64,000 bases of DNA from an uncultured Bdellovibrionales bacterium (GCA_964543815.1 CAZIZG010000003.1:17833-81832); one strand, 5' to 3'; positions 38,672-47,167 are shown, counted from the stretch's first letter. Notes: generated from the letters alone by a model not told the origin. Numbers and translations: made by a program.

Positions 38672-39925
38672 CTACACTACTCGAATGGCCTCATCAAGAG
38701 TGGTTACGCCGTTCATGACCAAATTGACTGCGTTTTGACGGAGCGTGGTCATCCCAGTTTTTTCGGCATACATCTGAAGTTCATTCATCGAAGCCTTATC
38801 CACAATCATGGCCCGCAGTTCATCGTCAAAGATAAGCACCTCAAACACTCCGGTCCGTCCCCGATATCCGGTATGGTTACACTCGTCACAGCCTGCCCCA
38901 CGCCGATAGTTCACTGACATACCCTGCATCCCGAGGAGGTTGATATACTCAGCACGTGGCGTCTGATCCGGGGCGCTACATGACGGACAAATCTTGCGTA
39001 CCAACCGCTGAGCGATAACGCCGCGGATAGCATACGCGATCATACCGCGTTCGATATTCAAATCAATCAGACGAGCGATAGCACCAATAGTGGTGTTGGC
39101 ATGAAGGGTCGAATACACCATCCGACCGGTGAGTGACGCCTGGAGAGCATGGTCAGCCGTCTCAGCATCACGAATTTCTCCAATCATCATCACGTCCGGA
39201 TCCTGACGGAGAATACTCTTCATGCCCTTGGCAAATGTGAAGCCAATTTCCGGCAAAATCTGACTCTGGCGCATATCATCGATGAACACTTCCACCGGAT
39301 CTTCAAGCGTCATGATATTGCGCTCCTTGCGATTGATTTCCATGAGCATCGAGTACAGCGTCGTTGTCTTGCCGGAACCAGTCGGACCAGTCGTGAGTAT
39401 CATGCCGTAACTTGCCATAGTCAGTTGACGAACCCGCAGACGGATATCCTCATCAAATCCGATATCGTCAAGCGAAATGAGCATATCGGAACGATTGAGG
39501 AGTCGCAGCACTGCCGTCGGACCATTGACCGTCGGAAACATAGACACGCGCACATCGATGATGCGCTCCTTACCATCAGTTTCATCCTGAAACTTCACCG
39601 CGAAATGACCATCTTCTGGTAGCCGCACTGGTCCCACCTCCATATTGGCCAGTACCTTGAGTCGATTGATGACATGCTCATGATCATCCTTCGACAAATG
39701 TTCGTAGGTTTGGAGCACACCATCCACCCGAAAACGCACCAACACTTCATTGGGCATCGCTTCGACGTGGACATCAGAGCTCCCCTGACGAGCCGCTTCA
39801 CGCACCATAGGCGTCACGAGGTCAGCCCCGGTCGCGTCCCGCAGTACGATACTGCCCTCAAGTGGCGTTCCTAATTCGGTAGTCGTATTCATATGAATGG
39901 AGTATATCACACCCATCTTTCCCAT
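38672..39925 (-). CDS. pilB: Type II/IV secretion ATPase, GspE/PilB family (short form)
   Basis: 417 aa with Walker A TGPTGSGKTTTL, Asp box, Walker B and tetracysteine CPSC...CDEC motifs. Confidence 0.85.
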   Translation of the reverse strand: MGKMGVIYSIHMNTTTELGTPLEGSIVLRDATGADLVTPMVREAARQGSSDVHVEAMPNEVLVRFRVDGVLQTYEHLSKDDHEHVINRLKVLANMEVGPVRLPEDGHFAVKFQDETDGKERIIDVRVSMFPTVNGPTAVLRLLNRSDMLISLDDIGFDEDIRLRVRQLTMASYGMILTTGPTGSGKTTTLYSMLMEINRKERNIMTLEDPVEVFIDDMRQSQILPEIGFTFAKGMKSILRQDPDVMMIGEIRDAETADHALQASLTGRMVYSTLHANTTIGAIARLIDLNIERGMIAYAIRGVIAQRLVRKICPSCSAPDQTPRAEYINLLGMQGMSVNYRRGAGCDECNHTGYRGRTGVFEVLIFDDELRAMIVDKASMNELQMYAEKTGMTTLRQNAVNLVMNGVTTLDEAIRVV

Positions 39926-39962
39926 GAAAAAAGAGCCGTGGGGGCTCTTAGAGAGAAGTGAA

Positions 39963-40317
39963 CTAGGTCGCTCGAGCGGCCTTCAGCTTGAGTTCGGCGA
40001 TTGCCCTCTTGAAGCCTGCTTGTCGCTGAAGCACTGGCTTCGGACGGACGAGAAAGTCTGCCGATTCGAGCCGCGCACCACCGGTTTCTTCACGCTTCCA
40101 GTAGTTGATACGGACTCGCTTGTCCTGCTTGCTCATCGCGTAGATGAGCTTCATGTGCTTGAATTCAGGAATCTCGCACACGTTGTGGTTGTTTCCTTGG
40201 GTGTCCTCCTGACCACTCAGCCAGTTCTCCACAACCGCGAGCTGACTCAGGAGCGCGCTCACTCGCTCTACGGCTTCAGGAGTATGTAGCTCAACAAAGT
40301 ATTTCAAGGGTGCCTCC
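39963..40317 (-). CDS. Hypothetical protein (about 118 aa)
   Basis: ORF starting MEAPLKYFVELHTPEAVERV. GC-rich. No known domain. Confidence 0.35.
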
Positions 40318-40440
40318 ATGAGGAATGCGATGGGAACGCTGTCCCACAGTGGACATACGATACCACATCCGAGAAAAAAATCAAGGAATGGATCCGGACA
40401 TTCTTTTCTTGACAATTTGTTCATTTCCGGGGAAAATACT

Positions 40441-41115
40441 ATGTCTGCCTGCCACATGGCGGATTTTTGTCCCTCCCACAACTCCAAGGAGTATCACGTG
40501 CACATCATCATCGCCCCCTGTTTCACCAACGGTGACCTCCCGGGCAACGCCCTGGAACTATGTGAGCTGTTCATGCTCCGCCGTGAAGAAGAGGTGCCGA
40601 TCGAAAGCTACACCATCGTCTACGATGGCAAGGAACACGTGGCTCAGGTCGGCCCCGGCAATCACCAGCCGGCCCTCTTCCTTCTCTACTGCATGACCAA
40701 GTCGGCCGCTCCGGCCTTCGAGTTCACGCCTGAGATGCGCCAGCTCGCCCGAGACTACTTCGGTGACGAGATCATGGCAAGCGCCATCCCCTTCGACACC
40801 CGGTACACGACCGTCCACGCCCTCCACGGCCATACGGTCTACATCCGTCTCACCCTCAAGCCGGGCTATCGCAACTGCATGGCCGCCAGCCGCACGGTCG
40901 AGGAAGTCATTGCGCACGGCTGGGACATGCAGGCAGAACTCGGGCCGCAATCGGAAGCGCCCTTCCTGCGCCTGGCCCTCGAACGGTTCTTCGCAGCCAT
41001 CGAAGCAAGGACGCTGCAAGTGGCCGATACCGAGCGGGGACCCTGGCCGACACCCATGTGGGCTGACCGAGCCACCACGCTGCAGCAACTCCTCGGCCAG
41101 ACCGAGACCACCTAA
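40441..41115 (+). CDS. Hypothetical protein, paralog A of a two-member family in this window
   Basis: About 224 aa. Shares ...LFLLYC..., ...LKPGY..., ...HGW..., LGP.S.AP... blocks with the ORF at 54986..55606. High GC. Followed by a terminator. Confidence 0.5.
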   Translation: MSACHMADFCPSHNSKEYHVHIIIAPCFTNGDLPGNALELCELFMLRREEEVPIESYTIVYDGKEHVAQVGPGNHQPALFLLYCMTKSAAPAFEFTPEMRQLARDYFGDEIMASAIPFDTRYTTVHALHGHTVYIRLTLKPGYRNCMAASRTVEEVIAHGWDMQAELGPQSEAPFLRLALERFFAAIEARTLQVADTERGPWPTPMWADRATTLQQLLGQTETT

Positions 41116-41136
41116 TCCGCAACGCGGAGACATACA

Positions 41137-41162
41137 AGCCCGACTCATGCCGGGCTTTTTAT
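41137..41162 (+). terminator. Rho-independent terminator
   Basis: AGCCCG-actcatgc-CGGGCT followed by TTTTATT. Confidence 0.55.
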
Positions 41163-41198
41163 TATGCAACTCTTGATACATCGCCTCCGAAAGGAAAG

Positions 41199-41414
41199 CT
41201 ATGACTGTTTCGAATCCGTTGATCCAGTCTCGATTTTACACGTAGAAATTCCGAAGAGTGAATACAACGCACAGAAACGCATGACTCCCGTGAGAAAAAC
41301 GACGATACCAACTGCGACAAGCCACCACATCATCGAGAGGGAGCCGTACCCAACCAGGATAGCCCCTAAAACCATGCGCACGAGACGATCCACACCTCCA
41401 ACATTTTGTTTCAT
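41199..41414 (-). CDS. DUF2892-family small membrane protein (YgaP-associated)
   Basis: 71 aa, ...GGVDRLVRMVLGAILVGYG...FLTGVMRFCALYSLFGISTC. Confidence 0.55.
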   Translation of the reverse strand: MKQNVGGVDRLVRMVLGAILVGYGSLSMMWWLVAVGIVVFLTGVMRFCALYSLFGISTCKIETGSTDSKQS

Positions 41415-41450
41415 AACAAAAACGTTACTATTTATATCTGTAGTGTAACA

Positions 41451-41762
41451 CTATTTTTTATTGCACACACTGAGAGAAAAAGTGATTGTATCACGTGCTC
41501 GTATCTGTTCCTTCGTTCTCACACTCGCCTTGAGTGGCAAGAGGTAGCCACCCGAACGCTTGTCGGGAAAAATTGATGTCCGCCAAGTAGTCGTGCCAAT
41601 AGTGACCGAAACCGGGAGCGACCCCCATCCCCGGGAGCGACTTCCGAACTGCTCTTTGATGAGCGTGGATTCTTTTTTTGGCAAGGTGACAAAATGCCAG
41701 CTCGCGATATCTCCAGGATAGAGCCACACCTCACCCTTCATAGTAAACGTATTTCCCGACAT
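41451..41762 (-). CDS. DUF1905-domain protein
   Basis: 103 aa, ...GEVWLYPGDIASWHFVTLPKKES... Confidence 0.5.
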   Translation of the reverse strand: MSGNTFTMKGEVWLYPGDIASWHFVTLPKKESTLIKEQFGSRSRGWGSLPVSVTIGTTTWRTSIFPDKRSGGYLLPLKASVRTKEQIRARDTITFSLSVCNKK

Positions 41763-41767
41763 ACTGA

Positions 41768-42163
41768 TCAGCGATTAAGCACCGTGATGGTGAGTTGCAA
41801 AATTGTAGCAAATGACACCCAGAGGAGATATGGGATTTGAGCATAGGCAATGAGACGAGCGTGAGGAAAGATAGCCATCATCGCCCAGACAATAGTCCCC
41901 AGTACGAGCAGGATATCGATCGAGGCCAAGAGATTATTTTTCAGTCCAAACTGAATCCAGGTAAAAGAAAAATTGAAGACGAGATTAAGCACGAACGGCA
42001 GCGCCACCACGAGTGGTATCTGCCCCTGCCAAGCCAGGAAGAAAACCCGACCAAACGTGAGTGCGATGATGACGTAAAGCACCGACCAGACCGGACCAAA
42101 CACCCAAGCTGGTGGTGACCAGGTGGGTTTGATAAGCATGGCGTACTCAGTGAAATTATTCAT
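41768..42163 (-). CDS. tspO: TspO/MBR-family protein (tryptophan-rich sensory protein), N-terminally short
   Basis: 131 aa, WSPPAWVFGPVWSVLYVIIALTFG... and the W-rich TM pattern typical of TspO. Confidence 0.6.
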   Translation of the reverse strand: MNNFTEYAMLIKPTWSPPAWVFGPVWSVLYVIIALTFGRVFFLAWQGQIPLVVALPFVLNLVFNFSFTWIQFGLKNNLLASIDILLVLGTIVWAMMAIFPHARLIAYAQIPYLLWVSFATILQLTITVLNR

Positions 42164-42167
42164 AGCC

Positions 42168-42341
42168 TTATATCCCCCGTGCGAGCAGAAAATCCACCAG
42201 GCTCGGTACCCACATGTCCCGTGTCACGATGAGACCGAGTCCGAGCGCGATGAGCAGAAGCAAAAATATCTGTACCGCTCGAAGCCACGGACTACGACAG
42301 CAATTCCCCTGTTCATTTTTTCCACATGCGCACTGCCACAT
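42168..42341 (-). CDS. Small Cys-rich membrane peptide (57 aa), hypothetical
   Basis: MWQCACGKNEQGNCCRSPWLRAVQIFLLLLIALGLGLIVT... Its stop overlaps the tspO start. Confidence 0.25.
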   Translation of the reverse strand: MWQCACGKNEQGNCCRSPWLRAVQIFLLLLIALGLGLIVTRDMWVPSLVDFLLARGI

Positions 42342-42430
42342 AATTGATAAGTATAAATAATTCTCTTTCAGTATAGCACTGAAAAAAGAAAAAACCGGAG
42401 AGGAATACCTCCCGGCTTGGAACGTGCACG

Positions 42431-42892
42431 CTACAGCGCGCCCTGGGTGGCCAGATGGAGACTCTCCATGAGACCAAAGATGTCTACCAGTGCCAGACGT
42501 TGCTCACCGGTATCAACCGTCGCCATGATGTGCGTGAGCGTATCCGGGTGAGGATGCCCATCCACCAGTCGCACTTGATCTGCGGTGATGTCAAGCACTT
42601 CGGAAACACCATCGACGACGACGCCGATGATGCGGCCAGAAAGGTTCAACACCACGACCACCGTCAGCGGACCGAGACTGCTCTCACAACCCGCCACGAT
42701 GCGCAAATCGATGATGGGGATAGTGACCCCGCGAAGATTGAACACTCCCCTGAGAAACGCTGGCGCCCCATCGATGTGACTCGGCTGCTCGTAGGAGCGG
42801 ATTTCCTGAGCGAGCAGGATATTGAGTCCGTAGTACTCGCCACCGAGACGAAATACCAGGTACTCCCCAGCCAAAGAAGCAGCTTCGGTCAT
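42431..42892 (-). CDS. cheW: Chemotaxis coupling protein CheW (orphan)
   Basis: 153 aa, EYLVFRLGGEYYGLNILLAQEI...VFNLRGVTIPIIDLR... is the CheW-domain pattern. High GC. Confidence 0.8.
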   Translation of the reverse strand: MTEAASLAGEYLVFRLGGEYYGLNILLAQEIRSYEQPSHIDGAPAFLRGVFNLRGVTIPIIDLRIVAGCESSLGPLTVVVVLNLSGRIIGVVVDGVSEVLDITADQVRLVDGHPHPDTLTHIMATVDTGEQRLALVDIFGLMESLHLATQGAL

Positions 42893-43167
42893 GCTGCCCT
42901 CCTTCGGCGCGACTTGGGAGGCAACTCGTGCAACCTGCTGAGCGCGATGCGCGCCTCACGAGCCGTCACTTCCAGAGTGACCAGCGCCTCGTACGAAAAA
43001 GCGCCAATCACCTTGCCCGAACCAGGTCGATAGAGCACGGCCACACTGCCGCTCGGATTGTCCCGAGCAAAGACGACCGCTTTCATCGGAAACTTGGTCC
43101 TGACACCATCAGCCGTTGTCCCCTGACAACGGAGCTTTTCGCGACGCGTGTTCATCGAAACACCCAT
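42889..43167 (-). CDS. Hypothetical protein downstream of cheW
   Basis: About 90 aa (MGVSMNTRREKL...). Overlaps the cheW start by 4 nt. Confidence 0.3.
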   Translation of the reverse strand: MGVSMNTRREKLRCQGTTADGVRTKFPMKAVVFARDNPSGSVAVLYRPGSGKVIGAFSYEALVTLEVTAREARIALSRLHELPPKSRRRRAA

Positions 43168-43291
43168 GTTGCATACCTCACTGTGGTACGCCCAGGCCCG
43201 GGATGGGCCTGCTAGCGACATCGACCCACCCTGTGAGTCGATGAAATATCATCCCCTATTTCAAAATCCCTGTCAACTCCTTCTCGTTTCA

Positions 43292-43330
43292 TATAAAAAG
43301 CGAAAGGTCCCGGCAAAACGCGTTTGCACG
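43292..43330 (-). terminator. Near-perfect 30-bp palindrome functioning as a minus-strand terminator
   Basis: GGTCCCGGCAAAACGCGTTTGCACGGGACC. On the minus strand it is followed by UUUCGCUUUUUAUAU. Confidence 0.5.
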
Positions 43331-43622
43331 GGACCAGTCCTTTCAGACAACTGAGCGGGGCGAGGCTTTTGGGGCCACAAGACCGCTTCATTGTGTAACC
43401 CGGACAGGGCTACGTTAGTCGATGAAGGCTTACGCTCCCTAGGGGGAACAACCTTTCTTCGAACTCGGTGGAATCACACCGAGGGTTTACTGCAGCGGAC
43501 GTGGTTTCCCGTGGGACTCCTCATCCAGTTTCTCCTCGTTTTGGTTGATGACTCTGGTGGTACTCTCTCGAGTATACACCCTTGAGGGATCTCCGCGGCC
43601 GTATCTTCGCGACCGCAGTGCG

Positions 43623-43823
43623 TCAGCTCACCGGCTTCGGAGGCACGGTACCGACGCTGTTCAGCAGGAACCCCGGGTAGGACTCGGGTCCCTTGCCGAA
43701 CAGACCCTGGCATGCGAGCCGGAAACCCATTCGCGCGACCTGCAGCAGATGTACCGTGAAGGTAAACGCTGCGGCCAGAACGGGAACCCGAATCCAGGCG
43801 GCCAGGGCATGCACGAGGCTCAT
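43623..43823 (-). CDS. Small hydrophobic protein (66 aa), RBS-supported
   Basis: MSLVHALAAWIRVPVLAAAFTFTVHLLQVARMGF..., with AAGGGAGG 5 nt before the ATG. Confidence 0.4.
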   Translation of the reverse strand: MSLVHALAAWIRVPVLAAAFTFTVHLLQVARMGFRLACQGLFGKGPESYPGFLLNSVGTVPPKPVS

Positions 43824-43872
43824 GGAGCCTCCCTTCAGTGGGCGCCGAAGCGTCAGGCCAGCGTGGCCAGAC

Positions 43873-44160
43873 GCACGGGCGCGGCCACCGGGTCGCGCAG
43901 CACCGAGGTGCCGGCGCCGTGGCGGCCGTTCTTCAGGTCGACGAAGTTCGAGAGCACGCCGATCACGTTCACGGCGCACCCACCAGGCCCGAGGCGGGGC
44001 CGGCGGCCAGCGGCAGCAGGTTGGTTTCCTGGGAAGCGAACACGCCGGAACGCGCCAGGGACACGCTGCCGAAGCCCGAGTCGAAGAGGCCGATCTTGCC
44101 GGTGCCTTCGCCGCCGCTGCCTTGCAACACACTCACCTTGCCGGTGGTGGGGTCTTTCAT
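43873..44160 (-). pseudogene. Frameshifted gene for a Gly-rich hypothetical protein (about 100 aa)
   Basis: AAGGAGA RBS, then ATG at 44160 giving MKDPTTGKVSVLQGSGGEGTGKIGLFDSGFGSV...GLVGAP, then stop. The +2 frame continues as VNVIGVLSNFVDLKNGRHGAGTSVLRDPVAAPVRLATLA. A 1-nt loss in ccg(g)tg is implied. Confidence 0.4.
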
Positions 44161-44401
44161 TAGGATCTCCTTGATCAAGTTGCGGGAACTCCGCTCGACA
44201 ACCAAGAGGTTGAACGAGCGGATAATTGAAGCCTAGTCATAAGCCACAAGTATCCGCTCGCTCGAAACTATTTCACTGCAAAAATTGAAAGAACTTTCCT
44301 ATCGATAGTACCAAAAAGTTTACTACCGTTCAAGCCAAAAGCCCGAAAGAAAACTCTACGCCATATATCTATTTCTGTCAACCCCTAGAACCACAAAAAA
44401 G

Positions 44402-44457
44402 AAATCCCCCGGTCCGCGGTACGGAACGGGGGTATGGGGCCTCAGTGAGGCGTTGGA
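44402..44457. repeat. 56-bp direct repeat, copy 1 (terminator module)
   Basis: AAATCCCCCGGTCCGCGGTACGGAACGGGGGTATGGGGCCTCAGTGAGGCGTTGGA is identical to 45161..45216. It contains hairpins CCCCCG...CGGGGG and GCCTCA-g-TGAGGC. On the minus strand it is followed by a U-run. Confidence 0.8.
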
Positions 44458-44464
44458 AATCAGA

Positions 44465-45043
44465 CTAGCGGTACGTCATGTACGTCGCAGCGTAGCTCAC
44501 TTCCTCGAAAGAGAGGTACCCGACCTCATGGAGGTAGTATGTCGTACCACCATGAAATCGCGGGTTAACCTTGCGGACCGTGCGACAGCCCGTCACAAAG
44601 AAGTCACGGTAACCGAGCAGCATGGCAAGTAGGTCAACAGCCTCTTCCTTGTCCCACAACGGGTGATGCATGGCATCAATAAGCGGGTGGCAAAGTTCAT
44701 GAGCCATAGCGATGACCGTCGCATCAAACGTGGCCTTGGCCAGAAATGGCTTCCTGATGAAGACCGTCACCTCCGTTTGCCGGAATGCCTCGGATCCAAA
44801 AATTGGCATAACGTCAGGCCTGACCACCCACGCCGGCGCCTGGGGGTTACAACCACCAGAATTCACCAGTCCGAGCCGGACCCGGCAATCGAGATGGAGA
44901 CTCTCCTTGACGCGGTACATCATCCGACCGAACTCACCGGCGTCATACAGAGCACGCAGCTCTTCTTCTGAAACCAGTGGCCGCAGTGGCCCAAAGCTCG
45001 CCCGAAGTTGCTGGACATAAGACTGAATAAGTGCTTGGCGCAT
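44465..45043 (-). CDS. Putative zinc metallopeptidase-like protein (HExxH)
   Basis: 192 aa with IAMAHELCHPLIDAMHHPLWD. Flanked by the two copies of the 56-bp repeat. Confidence 0.45.
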   Translation of the reverse strand: MRQALIQSYVQQLRASFGPLRPLVSEEELRALYDAGEFGRMMYRVKESLHLDCRVRLGLVNSGGCNPQAPAWVVRPDVMPIFGSEAFRQTEVTVFIRKPFLAKATFDATVIAMAHELCHPLIDAMHHPLWDKEEAVDLLAMLLGYRDFFVTGCRTVRKVNPRFHGGTTYYLHEVGYLSFEEVSYAATYMTYR

Positions 45044-45160
45044 GGCACCCTCCTTTGCATACGTTGCAATTGATAAAAGACTCGAAAGGAACTACGAACA
45101 CTCCTTTATAGCATAAAAATACATTTTTGTCAATATGAGAAAACATCCGCAAAAAATAAA

Positions 45161-45216
45161 AAATCCCCCGGTCCGCGGTACGGAACGGGGGTATGGGGCC
45201 TCAGTGAGGCGTTGGA
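45161..45216. repeat. 56-bp direct repeat, copy 2 (terminator module)
   Basis: Identical to 44402..44457. Lies just downstream (minus strand) of gene 45228..45602. Confidence 0.8.
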
Positions 45217-45227
45217 GTGGCCGTGGC

Positions 45228-45602
45228 CTACTGCTGGCCGCTGGCGCCGGCGTCCTGCTGGCTGAACAGCTTCAGGCCTTCGGCGGCGGCGACGGCCATC
45301 TCGCGCACGGCCTGGTGCGACATGATGCCGATCACGCGGTTGTCGCCGTCGATGAACTTGATCGCGGCCGGCTTCTTGCCCTTGGCCGGGAGCAGCTTGC
45401 CGGACCAGGAGTTGACCTCGCCGCCGTCCGGGGCCGTGCCATGGAACTTGATGTAGCCCGACGTGTCGGTGACGATGGCCTTGTCCTGGCGGCGCTTGCG
45501 CTGCTGCTGGCCGGAACCGATGCCGATCGACTGATCGCTCGCCAGCGAGCCGAGGGCGGCAGCCAGACCAGCCATCAGGGCGTTCACGTGATGCTTCTGC
45601 AT
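45228..45602 (-). CDS. Secreted hypothetical protein (about 124 aa)
   Basis: GGAGA RBS, then MQKHHVNALMAGLAAALGSLASDQ, a signal-peptide-like N-terminus. High GC. The longer overlapping ORFs in other frames are GC artefacts. Confidence 0.45.
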   Translation of the reverse strand: MQKHHVNALMAGLAAALGSLASDQSIGIGSGQQQRKRRQDKAIVTDTSGYIKFHGTAPDGGEVNSWSGKLLPAKGKKPAAIKFIDGDNRVIGIMSHQAVREMAVAAAEGLKLFSQQDAGASGQQ

Positions 45603-45747
45603 GGGAATCTCCGAGGGTTGCAGTTGATGCTTCAAGAGCCCGACACGGGTCTTGTAAAGCAAAGATCGACCATAGAGGCCGACAAAAGAGGAGTGTACAG
45701 CAAATACCCTCCCCTGTCAAGGGTGGTTATCCACAAAAAATCAATAT

Positions 45748-45915
45748 GCTATTTGAAGAAGTAGGGATGAACAGCTAGACCCAAGTAGTAGGGCCACAAG
45801 AGCACGGCGAGCACCCCCTGCCAAAAACTCAGGTGCAAAAAGCCGATAGTAAATATCCAAGCCGCCATCCACAGGCCACCAGAAAAAAGATGGTTTTCAA
45901 TTTTTACCTTTTCCA
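45748..45915 (-). CDS. Small two-TM membrane peptide (55 aa), hypothetical
   Basis: MEKVKIENHLFSGGLWMAAWIFTIGFLHLSFWQGVLAVLLWPYYLGLAVHPYFFK. Immediately upstream of pspC on the same strand. Confidence 0.3.
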
Positions 45916-45930
45916 TAAAATTGTTTTCCC

Positions 45931-46161
45931 TCAGACCGAGAGAGGCTTTTCTTCTCGCGGAAGTGGGACGATAAAAATAGCGATGATGTAGACCAGAATC
46001 CCCGGAGCAAAGCCAGTAAAGACCGTGAGGAAAACCCAGAGCAATCGAAACAAAACCGGATCAATACTCCAGTACTCCCCGAGTCCCCCGCAAATGCCAG
46101 CCAGGGTCTGATTGGTGCGGCTGCGAAAGAGATGACGCATCGGTGTATCTGTCATAGTCAT
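45931..46161 (-). CDS. pspC: PspC-domain protein (phage-shock protein C family)
   Basis: 76 aa, ...RSRTNQTLAGICGGLGEYWSIDPVLFRLLWVFLTVF... is the PspC signature. Confidence 0.75.
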   Translation of the reverse strand: MTMTDTPMRHLFRSRTNQTLAGICGGLGEYWSIDPVLFRLLWVFLTVFTGFAPGILVYIIAIFIVPLPREEKPLSV

Positions 46162-46216
46162 ATCTTACTGATTACACCTCCAGTATACTCTTTCTCCCTC
46201 GAGAATAACAGGTTGT

Positions 46217-46615
46217 CTATCTACTCTTTTTCTTTTTATTCTGAGCGACTGTAAGCTTGGTTTCCTTGACGCGGAAACGGACGATTTTGGTGATGAGGGC
46301 AAGCGGCAGTGGTTTCCCGATAGGAAACTGGATAGCACCCTTGGAATACTGGTAGCGTTTGGCGATTTCTGCTTCGAACTGTTTCACTCCGGAAGGTGCC
46401 GGATAAAAACCGTAGTGATTTTTCTGTACCGCGAAGTGGACGAGATTTTTACCATTGAAGCGTATCGTCGGCATCCCGTACCGTATCGCTTCTTCGCCCT
46501 CCGGCACGAGCTCACGAAGGAGTAGCCAGAGACGCTTCGCCTCCCCCTGCGCGTCCCGCGGCACTTGCTTCAAATATTCCCCGACTGTTTCGTACGTTTG
46601 CATAGTAAGTATCAA
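46217..46615 (-). CDS. DUF1801 (YdhG-like) domain protein
   Basis: 132 aa, ...EAIRYGMPTIRFNGKNLVHFAVQKNHYGFYP... Confidence 0.55.
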   Translation of the reverse strand: MILTMQTYETVGEYLKQVPRDAQGEAKRLWLLLRELVPEGEEAIRYGMPTIRFNGKNLVHFAVQKNHYGFYPAPSGVKQFEAEIAKRYQYSKGAIQFPIGKPLPLALITKIVRFRVKETKLTVAQNKKKKSR

Positions 46616-46694
46616 AAATCATTTTCATCCGTAGTATATATGACATTTTTAAAAAGAAAAACGGCTTCGGTAAACCTACCAAAGCCGCGAAAAA

Positions 46695-47063
46695 CTACCA
46701 GCTCAAGACCCGCCCGATGACCTCGATCAGCTTGTTCGGATCAAACGGCTTCACGAGCCAGCCCGTTGCACCGGCAGCCTTGCCCTTCATCTTCATCGCG
46801 TCACTCGACTCGGTGGTGAGGAAAAGAATGGGCGTCTTCGGGAAACGGGGATCCGCGCGCATCTTCTCGGTCAGCGTGAGACCGTCCATGCGTGGCATGT
46901 TCTGGTCGAGGAGCACGAGGTCAAACTTCGCGCCCCGCTCGATCTGCTCCCACGCATCCTGACCGTCCACCGCGAGGAGCACCTCGTAGCCGGCGTTCCT
47001 AAGCGTGAACGACACCATCTGGCGCATCGACGCGCTGTCATCAACCACAAATATCGTCTGCAT
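46695..47063 (-). CDS. cheY: Chemotaxis-type response regulator CheY (orphan)
   Basis: 122 aa, IFVVDDSASMRQMV...DLVLLDQNMPRMDG...LTTE...K...GWLVKPF. High GC. Confidence 0.8.
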   Translation of the reverse strand: MQTIFVVDDSASMRQMVSFTLRNAGYEVLLAVDGQDAWEQIERGAKFDLVLLDQNMPRMDGLTLTEKMRADPRFPKTPILFLTTESSDAMKMKGKAAGATGWLVKPFDPNKLIEVIGRVLSW

Positions 47064-47167
47064 GAATCATGCCTCCTTCGTCAAACAACTACTCCGCTAC
47101 AAAACCGACACCGCAGTAAATCATCGAATCCCTCCCCTGTCAACCAGTCATGAGAGACTAAGTCATC

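Noticed and set aside
40558-41181. ORFs 40558..41181 (-), 40763..41176 (+) and similar Arg/Pro-rich ORFs
   Set aside because: GC-rich antisense or alternate frames of paralog A. Translations are Arg/Pro/Ala-rich low-complexity.
41200-41230. tRNA-like T-loop sequence GTTTCGAATCCGT
   Set aside because: No acceptor, D or anticodon stems can be drawn, and it lies inside the DUF2892 coding frame.
43545-44236. Several overlapping 130-210-aa ORFs on both strands (for example 43623..44132 minus, 43545..44174 plus)
   Set aside because: Arg-rich GC artefacts. The protein-like frames are the short RBS-supported gene 43623..43823 and the frameshifted gene 43873..44160.
45130-45764. 196-aa (-) and 209-aa (+) ORFs
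   Set aside because: Alternate frames over the real signal-peptide gene 45228..45602 in high-GC DNA. Arg/Gly-rich nonsense.
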